From IMG/VR virus record IMGVR_UViG_3300027744_000022, positions 1 to 56,938 of that record: a stretch of 56,938 nt of DNA, one strand, 5' to 3'. Shown in pieces: positions 1 to 7,548 of the stretch; position 1 is the stretch's first letter; each line of letters starts with the position of its first letter. Source of the stretch: a virus (Duplodnaviria > Caudoviricetes). A program made the translations under genes and the position numbers. The notes beneath the pieces were generated by a model, which was given only the letters and a program-made list of their open reading frames with translations, was not told where the DNA came from and did not search any database.

Positions 1-1
1 T

Positions 2-928
2 ACCGTTTATTTGATTTTGTGCTTTGCCAAATGCTTGTAATATTGTATCGGTTGCTGTTATTGCTGCACCTGTAATTGATAAACCTGTTAATATTTTACC
101 TATTACAGCAGTGTTTGAAAGAGTAATAGCAACAGAACCGGGTCCTGTAGCAGTAGCTTCACCCGTAAGGGCTGTGATATAATTGCCTGCATTCTGCTTA
201 CCATTAAACGTAATCCAATCTGCAGAAGATAAGTACCCATCTTGTGTACCATTTGCTACCTGAATGGAGAATACACCTGTATTAGAATCAAAAAATAAAG
301 GAGAAGTTGCTGAATAAACAGGTAAGCTAACCCATAGAACGCCCGTTCCTGTACTGCTTAATACTTTACCTGCAGTACCAACCGATGCGGTTCCATCGGT
401 TAATGTTCCGTCAATAGTTAAATCAGTAGAAAAGGTAGCTGTATCTGAGCTGACATCTAATGCAATAAGGTTTGACGTTAGAATAATGTCAAGCGTTGAT
501 GTGTTGCCTGCAGTTAAAACTTGTTGTAAATCAGGAATAACTGTAGGGATAGTGTACCATTCAACATCAAATCCTGTGCTTGTAAGAACTTGACCTGCCG
601 TTCCAATTGAAGTATTAACATCATAAAGACCGCCCGTAATATGAGTGTCTCCTGTTAAAAAACTATCTAAAATGGTTGCAATACTACTTACATCTAAGTC
701 TGTGGTGTAGATTGTTCCTGTAAGATTAATATCTTGAGTGGCAGTATTCCCGTAATTTAAAACACCCTGTAAATTATTTGCAGGAATATTTGGAAGAAAT
801 AAAGTTAATAGTTCCTGTAAAGTAAAGTTATATGTCCCATCATCAGGAGTACCACCAACACTTGTTCCGATTAGTTTATCTGCTAACTTAGGAACAGGAG
901 CTACATCGTATGTACTAATCTTTGACAT
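2..928 (-). CDS. Tail fibre protein (3'-truncated by window edge)
   Basis: Not in the ORF track; translated by hand from ATG at 928 (MSKISTYDVAPVPKLADKLIGTSVGG...), open to the left edge. It is Thr/Gly-rich with two LQxVLxxGNT...GTAGxVLxSTG..VxW repeats. Confidence 0.75.
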   Translation of the reverse strand, partial: MSKISTYDVAPVPKLADKLIGTSVGGTPDDGTYNFTLQELLTLFLPNIPANNLQGVLNYGNTATQDINLTGTIYTTDLDVSSIATILDSFLTGDTHITGGLYDVNTSIGTAGQVLTSTGFDVEWYTIPTVIPDLQQVLTAGNTSTLDIILTSNLIALDVSSDTATFSTDLTIDGTLTDGTASVGTAGKVLSSTGTGVLWVSLPVYSATSPLFFDSNTGVFSIQVANGTQDGYLSSADWITFNGKQNAGNYITALTGEATATGPGSVAITLSNTAVIGKILTGLSITGAAITATDTILQAFGKAQNQING

Positions 929-940
929 ATTATATAAAGT

Positions 941-1207
941 TTAATGTACTATATTCAATACGTCACCGTTTCTATAAAGTTGACCTATAACTAACCCACC
1001 TGCCAATGCTGCTGCATTAGTTGCATATACGGGTACCGAAGCAATTATCATTGCAGGACCATTAAAGTTTGCTTCAAACAATGCCAATAAATCTGCTAAC
1101 GTAAAATTATAGGTTGCATCAACAGGCGGACCAACAACATTAGTACCTATTAACTTATCGGTTAATATAGGTAGAGTTGCATTTGGGTATGAATTAATTT
1201 TTCCCAT
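941..1207 (-). CDS. Small tail-fibre-related protein
   Basis: N-terminus (KIxxY...DKLIGT.V.G...TYNFTL..LL.LF) is paralogous to the adjacent tail fibre N-terminus. Confidence 0.6.
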   Translation of the reverse strand: MGKINSYPNATLPILTDKLIGTNVVGPPVDATYNFTLADLLALFEANFNGPAMIIASVPVYATNAAALAGGLVIGQLYRNGDVLNIVH

Positions 1208-1208
1208 T

Positions 1209-1445
1209 TTATTTTTCTTTTTGTGTTACTTCCCCTGTTTGTATATTAATCACTGAATCAGTGCCATACTTTTCAATAAGAATCTTCTCGTTGTTAGAGA
1301 ATGCTTCTCTGATTTTTTCTGCTTGAAGAACAAGATTTTGCTTTTGCAATTCATATTCTCCAATACTCATCTTGATTTTATTGTACTCTAAAGTACCTGT
1401 CTTAATGAACTCTAATTCTTGTTCTGTTAATTTTACTGTTTTCAT
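1209..1445 (-). CDS. Hypothetical coiled-coil protein
   Basis: ORF track 1209..1502; likely start ATG at 1445 (MKTVKL) after an AAATY leader and the promoter at 1467-1474. Confidence 0.6.
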   Translation of the reverse strand: MKTVKLTEQELEFIKTGTLEYNKIKMSIGEYELQKQNLVLQAEKIREAFSNNEKILIEKYGTDSVINIQTGEVTQKEK

Positions 1446-1466
1446 TTGATTTAAATTTAATTTATA

Positions 1467-1474
1467 CAAATATA
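1467..1474 (-). promoter_or_regulatory. Bacteroidetes -7 promoter element (TATATTTG)
   Basis: Matches TAnnTTTG just upstream of ATG 1445. Confidence 0.5.
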
Positions 1475-1488
1475 GTAAATAAAAATTA

Positions 1489-1944
1489 TCATTTAAGAGC
1501 ACATCTTCTTAGAATATACCACGTAATGGGTATGAATAAAAGCCATAACAATACCCAATAGTTTGCTTTCTTCTCAACTTTTTTGTCAAACACTTTTGAT
1601 TTTAAATCTTTCTTTACTATAACTTTTTTCTCAGACGATTGGGAAACAGTAATCTTAGACGTATCCACTACTTGTCTACGTGTTTTTTTAAGTCTAACTA
1701 TAGCGTTATAGTATTTTTTGTCGCCTATTATCATAGGTTGAGTAGCATCAATTGGTACTATCTCAACCTCATTAACATCCTCTTTAATAGAAATAGCGTT
1801 CTGCTTTACAGATACGCTATCCTTCTTTTCAACAGCAGTGCTGTCAATGCGTGTTTCAACTTGTGTTTTGTTTACTGCTACTTTCCTAGATGCACAAGAG
1901 AATAATGATAAACTAAGTAATAGCAGTATAAAATTTTTTGCCAT
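1489..1944 (-). CDS. Putative unimolecular spanin (lipoprotein)
   Basis: N-terminal signal with lipobox LFSC, C-terminal transmembrane segment YWVLLWLLFIPITWYIL, located next to the endolysin candidate. Confidence 0.65.
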   Translation of the reverse strand: MAKNFILLLLSLSLFSCASRKVAVNKTQVETRIDSTAVEKKDSVSVKQNAISIKEDVNEVEIVPIDATQPMIIGDKKYYNAIVRLKKTRRQVVDTSKITVSQSSEKKVIVKKDLKSKVFDKKVEKKANYWVLLWLLFIPITWYILRRCALK

Positions 1945-2399
1945 TAACTAATTAATAATTCAATGATTTCATTTTTATTTATTGCTTTTTGCATTTGTTT
2001 TATTAAATTGCTTTCCATAGTACCTTGAATCCAATTACGTATTTTACCAAACGTAGATACTTTGTTTACAAATCTATTTTTAGCAACTAAGATACAGCCC
2101 TCTGTATTTTCGTGAGTGTTACCTCCATGAATACGGATACCTGCAAAACCTTTTACATTAAGCACTTCCGGCATTAACCTTTTAAACCTATTGCTTATTG
2201 ATAAGATAACACGATAGTCACCTGATGGCATAGCGGTCTGCTTTGCTACTTTAGTAGATTTAATAATTTTTAAATCCTGCAATTGACTTAACTTCCTATC
2301 GTAATCTTCAAGTGTATAACAAAAAAACTTGTCATCTACGTACATAGAGCCAAGAGTTTCTGTTTCGCTAAAAAATTCACGAACTACTTTTATTTTCAT
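1944..2399 (-). CDS. DUF5675-like protein, probable endolysin
   Basis: FCYTLE, MPSGDY, GIRIHGGNT..NTEGCILV (H...C) motif; lysis cassette context. Confidence 0.7.
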   Translation of the reverse strand: MKIKVVREFFSETETLGSMYVDDKFFCYTLEDYDRKLSQLQDLKIIKSTKVAKQTAMPSGDYRVILSISNRFKRLMPEVLNVKGFAGIRIHGGNTHENTEGCILVAKNRFVNKVSTFGKIRNWIQGTMESNLIKQMQKAINKNEIIELLIS

Positions 2400-2581
2400 T
2401 TCTTAAATATCTTTTCTGCCGATGTCATGCCTAATGCTGCACCGGCTAATGTTGCAACTGATATGATAACAGTTTCACTTGGCTTGTGTACCAAATTAAT
2501 AGATAAAGCCAATACACAGATAAATCCACATAAACGCTTCATGCTTAAACTTCCATTATCATCACAAAAAAATTGTCTCAT
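2396..2581 (-). CDS. Putative holin
   Basis: 61 aa, two hydrophobic segments, basic C-terminus, overlaps the endolysin start. Confidence 0.55.
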   Translation of the reverse strand: MRQFFCDDNGSLSMKRLCGFICVLALSINLVHKPSETVIISVATLAGAALGMTSAEKIFKK

Positions 2582-2709
2582 CGTCCTTGACCTCTATATT
2601 TTTTTTTATAAAGTTTGCTTGTTTTATTGCTACTAGTTTTGCTTTTAGCAGCCACGCCTCTTTTGTTAGATTTTTTAACGTAAAAACTTACGTTCATTAT
2701 CTTTGCCAT
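2578..2709 (-). CDS. Small basic protein ending KKYRGQGR
   Basis: Hand-translated 43-aa ORF MAKIMNVSFYVKKSNKRGVAAKSKTSSNKTSKLYKKKYRGQGR; its TGA overlaps the next ATG. Confidence 0.6.
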   Translation of the reverse strand: MAKIMNVSFYVKKSNKRGVAAKSKTSSNKTSKLYKKKYRGQGR

Positions 2710-2715
2710 TATTTA

Positions 2716-3306
2716 TTATTCTTTTACGGGTATAATAGTACCAACAGGATAGGTTGCACCAACAGGGGCTTGTGTAACTGATGTTTCACCTTCCACCACC
2801 CGAAACGACCTGCGTAATGGAACTGCAGCCTCATTGATTGGACCATAGCACTCTGCTAATGTAACGCCATTAACTTTTTCTTCTAAAACTTTGCATGGCA
2901 TACAGAACATATTGCTCATGCCTTGCGTTTTAGTAATCACAAATGAGCGGTTAACAGTAGGCAGTACATCCCAAGTAGGTGCTTGAGGAACGCTATCTAA
3001 ATACCAAAAATAAGACCATACTGTTTTGTCTGTGCTATCGGGCGTGATTGATGGATTACCAACTAGCATAGTATTAGCCAATGAAAAGCCATCCAATACA
3101 GGACATATTGATTTTCCTTCTAGGAATGTCTTGCCCTGCACAACAATTGAACGACCTGTCAACTCAGCTCCCGATGCACCGCAAAAAGCAAACTTTCCTT
3201 TTACTAAAGCTAATGCCTTATCGTTAACAGATTTTGGTTCATCTTGAGTAAGGATAATAGCAGCTATTGTCAAAATGATTGCTAACACTATTATTATGTT
3301 TCTCAT
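2716..3306 (-). CDS. Secreted or membrane-anchored Cys-containing hypothetical protein
   Basis: N-terminal hydrophobic stretch and several Cys residues. Confidence 0.6.
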   Translation of the reverse strand: MRNIIIVLAIILTIAAIILTQDEPKSVNDKALALVKGKFAFCGASGAELTGRSIVVQGKTFLEGKSICPVLDGFSLANTMLVGNPSITPDSTDKTVWSYFWYLDSVPQAPTWDVLPTVNRSFVITKTQGMSNMFCMPCKVLEEKVNGVTLAECYGPINEAAVPLRRSFRVVEGETSVTQAPVGATYPVGTIIPVKE

Positions 3307-3308
3307 AA

Positions 3309-3953
3309 TTAATTATTTTCCCACTGAATAAACCCATCTAATGTAATGTTTAAATTTTCTTTAAACCATGCTTGTGCATCAGGATACAAGTTAGCAGTAA
3401 CAATGCTAGGGGCAATAGCTATGCCTGTTGATGCCCATTGTGACCATTGAACTACACCTGCTTCATAATCATTGCTAGGCTCATTACCATTTGTATAAAG
3501 TTGCGGAGATAAATAGTCAATATTCTTTGATGATAATATCGCAGTCATAAAGTCCTCAGCGTCGGGAAATCCGTAAGGACTTGTATGGCTTACCGTAACT
3601 ATAACTTGCTTACCGAGTGTTTTTAAAGCTGCAAAACAAGCCTCAAAATCTTCAGCAAGTCCTGCATCACCCTCCTCACAATCAAAGACTACGCCCCAAT
3701 AATCACCAATATCGCCATTGTTAATAGCCTCAAGATTTGCCTGTAATGTTTCAGCAGTCCAATGTCCTGATGTATTACCACCCCCTAGAGATAAAAATTT
3801 GGCAGGAGGCAAAGTATCAAATATTGCTTCTGAATTACTCAAAGCTGTAGCAATGTCTGTCCATCCGCTGAAAGCTATACCTACATTAATCCCTTCAGGG
3901 TAATTAGTTCCGGGACTCCATGTTTGAATCCACATTCCAATGATTTCTTTCAT
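3309..3953 (-). CDS. Glycoside hydrolase-like protein (GH18-like barrel)
   Basis: LSLGG, GVVFDCE (DxE-like) and IDYLSPQLY motifs resemble GH18 chitinase-fold strands. Confidence 0.5.
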   Translation of the reverse strand: MKEIIGMWIQTWSPGTNYPEGINVGIAFSGWTDIATALSNSEAIFDTLPPAKFLSLGGGNTSGHWTAETLQANLEAINNGDIGDYWGVVFDCEEGDAGLAEDFEACFAALKTLGKQVIVTVSHTSPYGFPDAEDFMTAILSSKNIDYLSPQLYTNGNEPSNDYEAGVVQWSQWASTGIAIAPSIVTANLYPDAQAWFKENLNITLDGFIQWENN

Positions 3954-4123
3954 CCTTTTAACTTTTTAGTTGCACTGTAATAATATCTAATAGCAAAGCC
4001 TCCTGAAACTATGGCAACCAATGAGGCTATCAGAGTTACTAAAGGTTGAAAATTTGCTATGCTCAATAATGCACTTGAGATACTTACTATTGTTGCCGTG
4101 TCAGCATAACCATGGTTTGTCAT
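3950..4123 (-). CDS. Small membrane protein (holin-like)
   Basis: Hydrophobic segments and basic tail; likely ATG at 4123. Confidence 0.5.
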   Translation of the reverse strand: MTNHGYADTATIVSISSALLSIANFQPLVTLIASLVAIVSGGFAIRYYYSATKKLKG

Positions 4124-4143
4124 ATAGTTTATTTTTAAAACTG

Positions 4144-4629
4144 TTACCAAAGGGCGTTAACAAGTGTTGCTGTTGTGCCTGTGCTTCTTAATTTTAGCAC
4201 CTGAATAGGAAGCGTTGTTCCTGCAGGAACACCTGCAAAAGTAATTTGGTCATTCCCTATTGTAATAACGGAAACATTACCCGTTCCACCTACATATAGA
4301 AAAGCACCCGGATTACTCATTCCTGATTGAGGAGACTCAGGGTAAACTATATAAGCCTGAGCAGTTGAAGTAAAGATGTCTGCATTTAAAGTAAGTTGAG
4401 TCTCACTATCAACAGTAACAACTGTTGCTGCTGTGCCTGCTGTATCATTGTGAACAATGTCACCTGTAGCTACATTATTTGTAATGAATGTTGCAGCAGA
4501 GTCAATCAGCTTGAATGCTGTTGCTGTTGTGTTTGTTCCTGACTCAGCCAAGCCGGGATAAGGAATGTTTGCATTATCCGAAGGGTGTGCTCTTAGCGAC
4601 CTTGAAAATGTTGTTTTAAAAACTGACAT
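4144..4629 (-). CDS. Putative virion structural protein
   Basis: Thr/Ala-rich beta-type sequence with LYVGGTGNV...LPIQV..L..TGTTAT C-terminal block. Confidence 0.55.
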   Translation of the reverse strand: MSVFKTTFSRSLRAHPSDNANIPYPGLAESGTNTTATAFKLIDSAATFITNNVATGDIVHNDTAGTAATVVTVDSETQLTLNADIFTSTAQAYIVYPESPQSGMSNPGAFLYVGGTGNVSVITIGNDQITFAGVPAGTTLPIQVLKLRSTGTTATLVNALW

Positions 4630-4633
4630 ATTT

Positions 4634-4807
4634 TTATTTTTTATCTTGATAAGGGAATACTCTGTTTAATGCGTCTCTACGTGCTTTACAGCCACAATCT
4701 TTGCCTGCAGCTTTAGCTACAGTCTCAACCACCCTTTTAATTCCGGTAGCTGTAGTTATTTTCTCAATCGTGTCTCCAAGACCTCTACTTTTTATTTGTT
4801 GTTGCAT
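4634..4807 (-). CDS. Hypothetical protein (SRGLGDTIEK...DCGC)
   Basis: Hand-translated 57-aa ORF filling the gap, with an AAATTAAATCAA leader. Confidence 0.6.
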   Translation of the reverse strand: MQQQIKSRGLGDTIEKITTATGIKRVVETVAKAAGKDCGCKARRDALNRVFPYQDKK

Positions 4808-4812
4808 TTGAT

Positions 4813-5157
4813 TTAATTTTTTTTATATTCTCCTGAAGCCCATTTGCTTGCTGTTTTTTCATCTTTAAATCTATAAACCTCACCTCTTGCAAATGCTGTA
4901 TCTTGAGCTTCTCTATGTGGTAACTCTATCCAATCTTTAGGGTTATGTGACTTTGTTCCTTTTCTATCCTTTGGATATACTGTAGGATAAGCAAATGCAC
5001 CCTTATCATCTGTAGCAGTCCCCATCTTATGGCTTGACCTTGTTCCATCATTATTTTGACGATATTCATTTTTAACATTATCCCATCTCTTAGCTTTTTG
5101 CCTAAGTTCATCTTTGGGTTGTTGATTTTTTTGAATAATTTTTATTGGTTCAGCCAT
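4813..5157 (-). CDS. Hypothetical protein
   Basis: ORF track; tight operon packing. Confidence 0.6.
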   Translation of the reverse strand: MAEPIKIIQKNQQPKDELRQKAKRWDNVKNEYRQNNDGTRSSHKMGTATDDKGAFAYPTVYPKDRKGTKSHNPKDWIELPHREAQDTAFARGEVYRFKDEKTASKWASGEYKKN

Positions 5158-5160
5158 GTT

Positions 5161-5499
5161 TTAAACATTTGAAACTCTTCTACCCATGCCAACTCTTGAC
5201 TTCTCAGCTTTCTTTGCAGATAACTTTGATGGGCTTATCTCTGACTTTGTTGTTGGTGTCTTTGAAGACACCCTATTTGTTGGTCTACAATACTCATTGC
5301 TACCACCTGCACCGCAGGCTTTACCGCTTTTAGTATCTTGCCACTTCTCTTTCTCCCACCTCTTTAAGTTACTACCTGCTTCAGTTTTTCTAACAACACC
5401 TGAACCTTTGCGACACTTAGCAATTGCTTGTGATGCACGGGCAGATGGGAATACATCATACGATGCTTTAACTTTTCGGTAACAAGCGTCCTTTGGCAT
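5161..5499 (-). CDS. Basic hypothetical phage protein
   Basis: ORF track; K/R-rich with Cys. Confidence 0.65.
   Translation of the reverse strand: MPKDACYRKVKASYDVFPSARASQAIAKCRKGSGVVRKTEAGSNLKRWEKEKWQDTKSGKACGAGGSNEYCRPTNRVSSKTPTTKSEISPSKLSAKKAEKSRVGMGRRVSNV
5256..5271. repeat. Palindrome GTGTCT-TTGA-AGACAC (intragenic)
   Basis: Exact match read in the sequence. Confidence 0.85.
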
Positions 5500-5500
5500 C

Positions 5501-5686
5501 TTACTTCTTTTTCTTTGGAATAACTCCCCTAGCCATTAACACATCTTTCTTGGTAACTTTGCCATCACCACTAACATCGGGAAATGATTTCTTTGCTTTG
5601 CTTGCATTCCCCTTGAGGAACTTCATAGGACCGTCTAATGATTTCTTAGACTCGTACTTTGCTGCTTTTTTTACAATGTTTTTCAT
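5501..5686 (-). CDS. Small basic protein with EF-hand-like DVSGDGKVT loop
   Basis: ORF track. Confidence 0.6.
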   Translation of the reverse strand: MKNIVKKAAKYESKKSLDGPMKFLKGNASKAKKSFPDVSGDGKVTKKDVLMARGVIPKKKK

Positions 5687-5856
5687 AATTTTTTATCACG
5701 CCTTCTAACACGAGGCTCATACTCAAGACCTGTACTACGCTCAATCTTTCTTTCCCCTCTTCTTATCTCTCTGTTTTCCTGTCTTGCAGCCTGCCTTTTC
5801 ATCCTAGTTTCTTTGTCTCCAAAGTATGTAGGTGCTAATGGATAATCTCTGTTCAT
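5683..5856 (-). CDS. Small Arg-rich hypothetical protein
   Basis: ORF track 5683..5907; ATG at 5856 avoids overlap with the upstream gene. Confidence 0.5.
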   Translation of the reverse strand: MNRDYPLAPTYFGDKETRMKRQAARQENREIRRGERKIERSTGLEYEPRVRRRDKKL

Positions 5857-5860
5857 AACT

Positions 5861-6151
5861 TTAATATTTACCTCTACGGTTTTTAGGATTACTTGTGGTG
5901 GCTCCACCCGGACCCGCCCATAAATTTTTACAAGCCCAATATCTAGGAGTTAACTTGTCAGTAGCCGTGTCGCAACTATGTCGTGCCTTGAAACTCTTAC
6001 GTGCCGCAGGGCTGTAGTTGTTTCCGTAGCCTTTTGCTCCAAAGTGTAAGAGTTTTTCTTCTCCACCGGAACAGGCTTTTACCATCCTCTTCTTCCCGGG
6101 TCTATCCGATGGAACAGGACTATTGCATTTCATATTTGACTTGTTAGCCAT
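5861..6151 (-). CDS. Basic phage hypothetical protein
   Basis: HFGAKG...RKSFKARHSC...PRYWAC motif, recognised as a widespread phage family. Confidence 0.65.
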   Translation of the reverse strand: MANKSNMKCNSPVPSDRPGKKRMVKACSGGEEKLLHFGAKGYGNNYSPAARKSFKARHSCDTATDKLTPRYWACKNLWAGPGGATTSNPKNRRGKY

Positions 6152-6156
6152 GTAAA

Positions 6157-6330
6157 TTAATGCCTAAAATCTCTATTCTTGTTGCCCGGGTCAGGGTCAA
6201 CTACATCTTTTTTCTTTAGCTCAGGCTTCACATACACATCATTAACCTCTTCTGCCTTTGCAACCTCAACTAACACCTCTTCTGAGGCATCAATTGTTAC
6301 GTCCTTAGACTTTTTTAATCCTCCTGCCAT
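6157..6330 (-). CDS. Hypothetical protein
   Basis: Hand-translated 57-aa ORF MAGGLKKSKD... filling the gap. Confidence 0.5.
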   Translation of the reverse strand: MAGGLKKSKDVTIDASEEVLVEVAKAEEVNDVYVKPELKKKDVVDPDPGNKNRDFRH

Positions 6331-6331
6331 G

Positions 6332-6520
6332 TTATTTTGATTTTTTACCCATTTTTTTTGCTACGCCACCTGCTTTGATTGCAGACTTTGCTCCTTTTGA
6401 AGGAACACCACCTGACATTGCTAATGGTTTTGCTTTTAATGCACCCTTAATTGAAGGACCTGCAGGTCCTGATGGCATCTGCATTCTTGAAGAAGCCGGT
6501 AAGTTTGGAGTTGATTTCAT
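6332..6520 (-). CDS. Small basic low-complexity protein
   Basis: ORF track. Confidence 0.55.
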   Translation of the reverse strand: MKSTPNLPASSRMQMPSGPAGPSIKGALKAKPLAMSGGVPSKGAKSAIKAGGVAKKMGKKSK

Positions 6521-6759
6521 GATTTTGTTTTTTTAAATTGATTTCCTAGTGTATTACCGATGCCCTGAAGACCTTGAAGACCTTGAACTCTGCCAACAGC
6601 GGCTTGGTATTTTTTTCTATTACGACCCAAGTTATCCTTCAACCTTTCTTTGCCCTCTTGAATAGATTTTACCTTTTCAGCTTGGGCATTTTTGAAAGTA
6701 ATAGCATCCAATTTTTGTTGGAGGCTAGTTAATGTTGGTTCCTTCTTTTCAGTTGCCAT
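6517..6759 (-). CDS. Hypothetical protein
   Basis: ORF track; promoter element upstream. Confidence 0.55.
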   Translation of the reverse strand: MATEKKEPTLTSLQQKLDAITFKNAQAEKVKSIQEGKERLKDNLGRNRKKYQAAVGRVQGLQGLQGIGNTLGNQFKKTKS

Positions 6760-6769
6760 AATAAAAATG

Positions 6770-6790
6770 TAATTTTGATATACAAATGTA
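6770..6790. promoter_or_regulatory. Overlapping oppositely oriented TAnnTTTG promoters
   Basis: TAATTTTG (+, 6770-6777) and TACATTTG (-, 6783-6790) between divergent genes. Confidence 0.5.
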
Positions 6791-6805
6791 ATAAAATTTA
6801 ATTAA

Positions 6806-7273
6806 ATGAAAACACAAACAAATGACTACTTAAAGTTTTGGAGAGTTATCCGATACTACATGAAATCCAAGCATGGTTTAGGTCAAGCCGACCTTGACAT
6901 GATACTATTTTTATACTCAGAAGGCTATTTTGGCAAAGAAAAGTTTGATGAATTTGCTCAACTTGTAAGTTGGGAACTCGGAAGATTTGAACGCCTACGC
7001 CACGAAGGGTGGATTGAACGGTTCAGAAGAAAAGGTAAGGATGGTAAAGCACTTTATCAATTGAGTTATAAATCCACACGCATGGTATTGGACATCTATA
7101 GAAAACTAAACGGGGAAGAAATACCCGTTAGCATATCATACAACTCAATGTTCCATAAGAATGTTTGCTACAACGATAAGGTTTACCGGAACATGATTGT
7201 CCAAATGAACGCCTACCAAAAGGCAAACCCCTACCGTACACCACCCAAACAGGTAAAAGAAGAAGAAGACTAA
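6806..7273 (+). CDS. Putative winged-helix transcription regulator
   Basis: MarR-like pattern GLGQADLDMILFL...L..EGWIE.F...LYQLS.K; the only + strand gene in this block. Confidence 0.5.
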   Translation: MKTQTNDYLKFWRVIRYYMKSKHGLGQADLDMILFLYSEGYFGKEKFDEFAQLVSWELGRFERLRHEGWIERFRRKGKDGKALYQLSYKSTRMVLDIYRKLNGEEIPVSISYNSMFHKNVCYNDKVYRNMIVQMNAYQKANPYRTPPKQVKEEED

Positions 7274-7548
7274 AGAACCACAACTACGTCACGCTCAGAG
7301 ATGATGGTATACTGACTGTCATCTATGAGCATCGTGAAGCTGTGACCCTTGTCGTAGTACAACTCGTCACCCTCCTCAATAACACTCACGTCAGTGCCGG
7401 GTGCTATCACGAAGGCACGTTTATAGCGTAGCTGATTGGTGTCCTCACCTGATAGTATTAGACCACTCTCCGTAGTAATGGTCTCTTGAATGTCTTTGAC
7501 GATTATATATTTCCCAATTGGTGTCATATTTTTATTGTTGCTGCTCAT
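7270..7548 (-). CDS. groES: Co-chaperonin GroES
   Basis: PIGKYIIVK, TESGLIL mobile loop, VIAPG, GDELYY, IISERDVV. Confidence 0.85.
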   Translation of the reverse strand: MSSNNKNMTPIGKYIIVKDIQETITTESGLILSGEDTNQLRYKRAFVIAPGTDVSVIEEGDELYYDKGHSFTMLIDDSQYTIISERDVVVVL

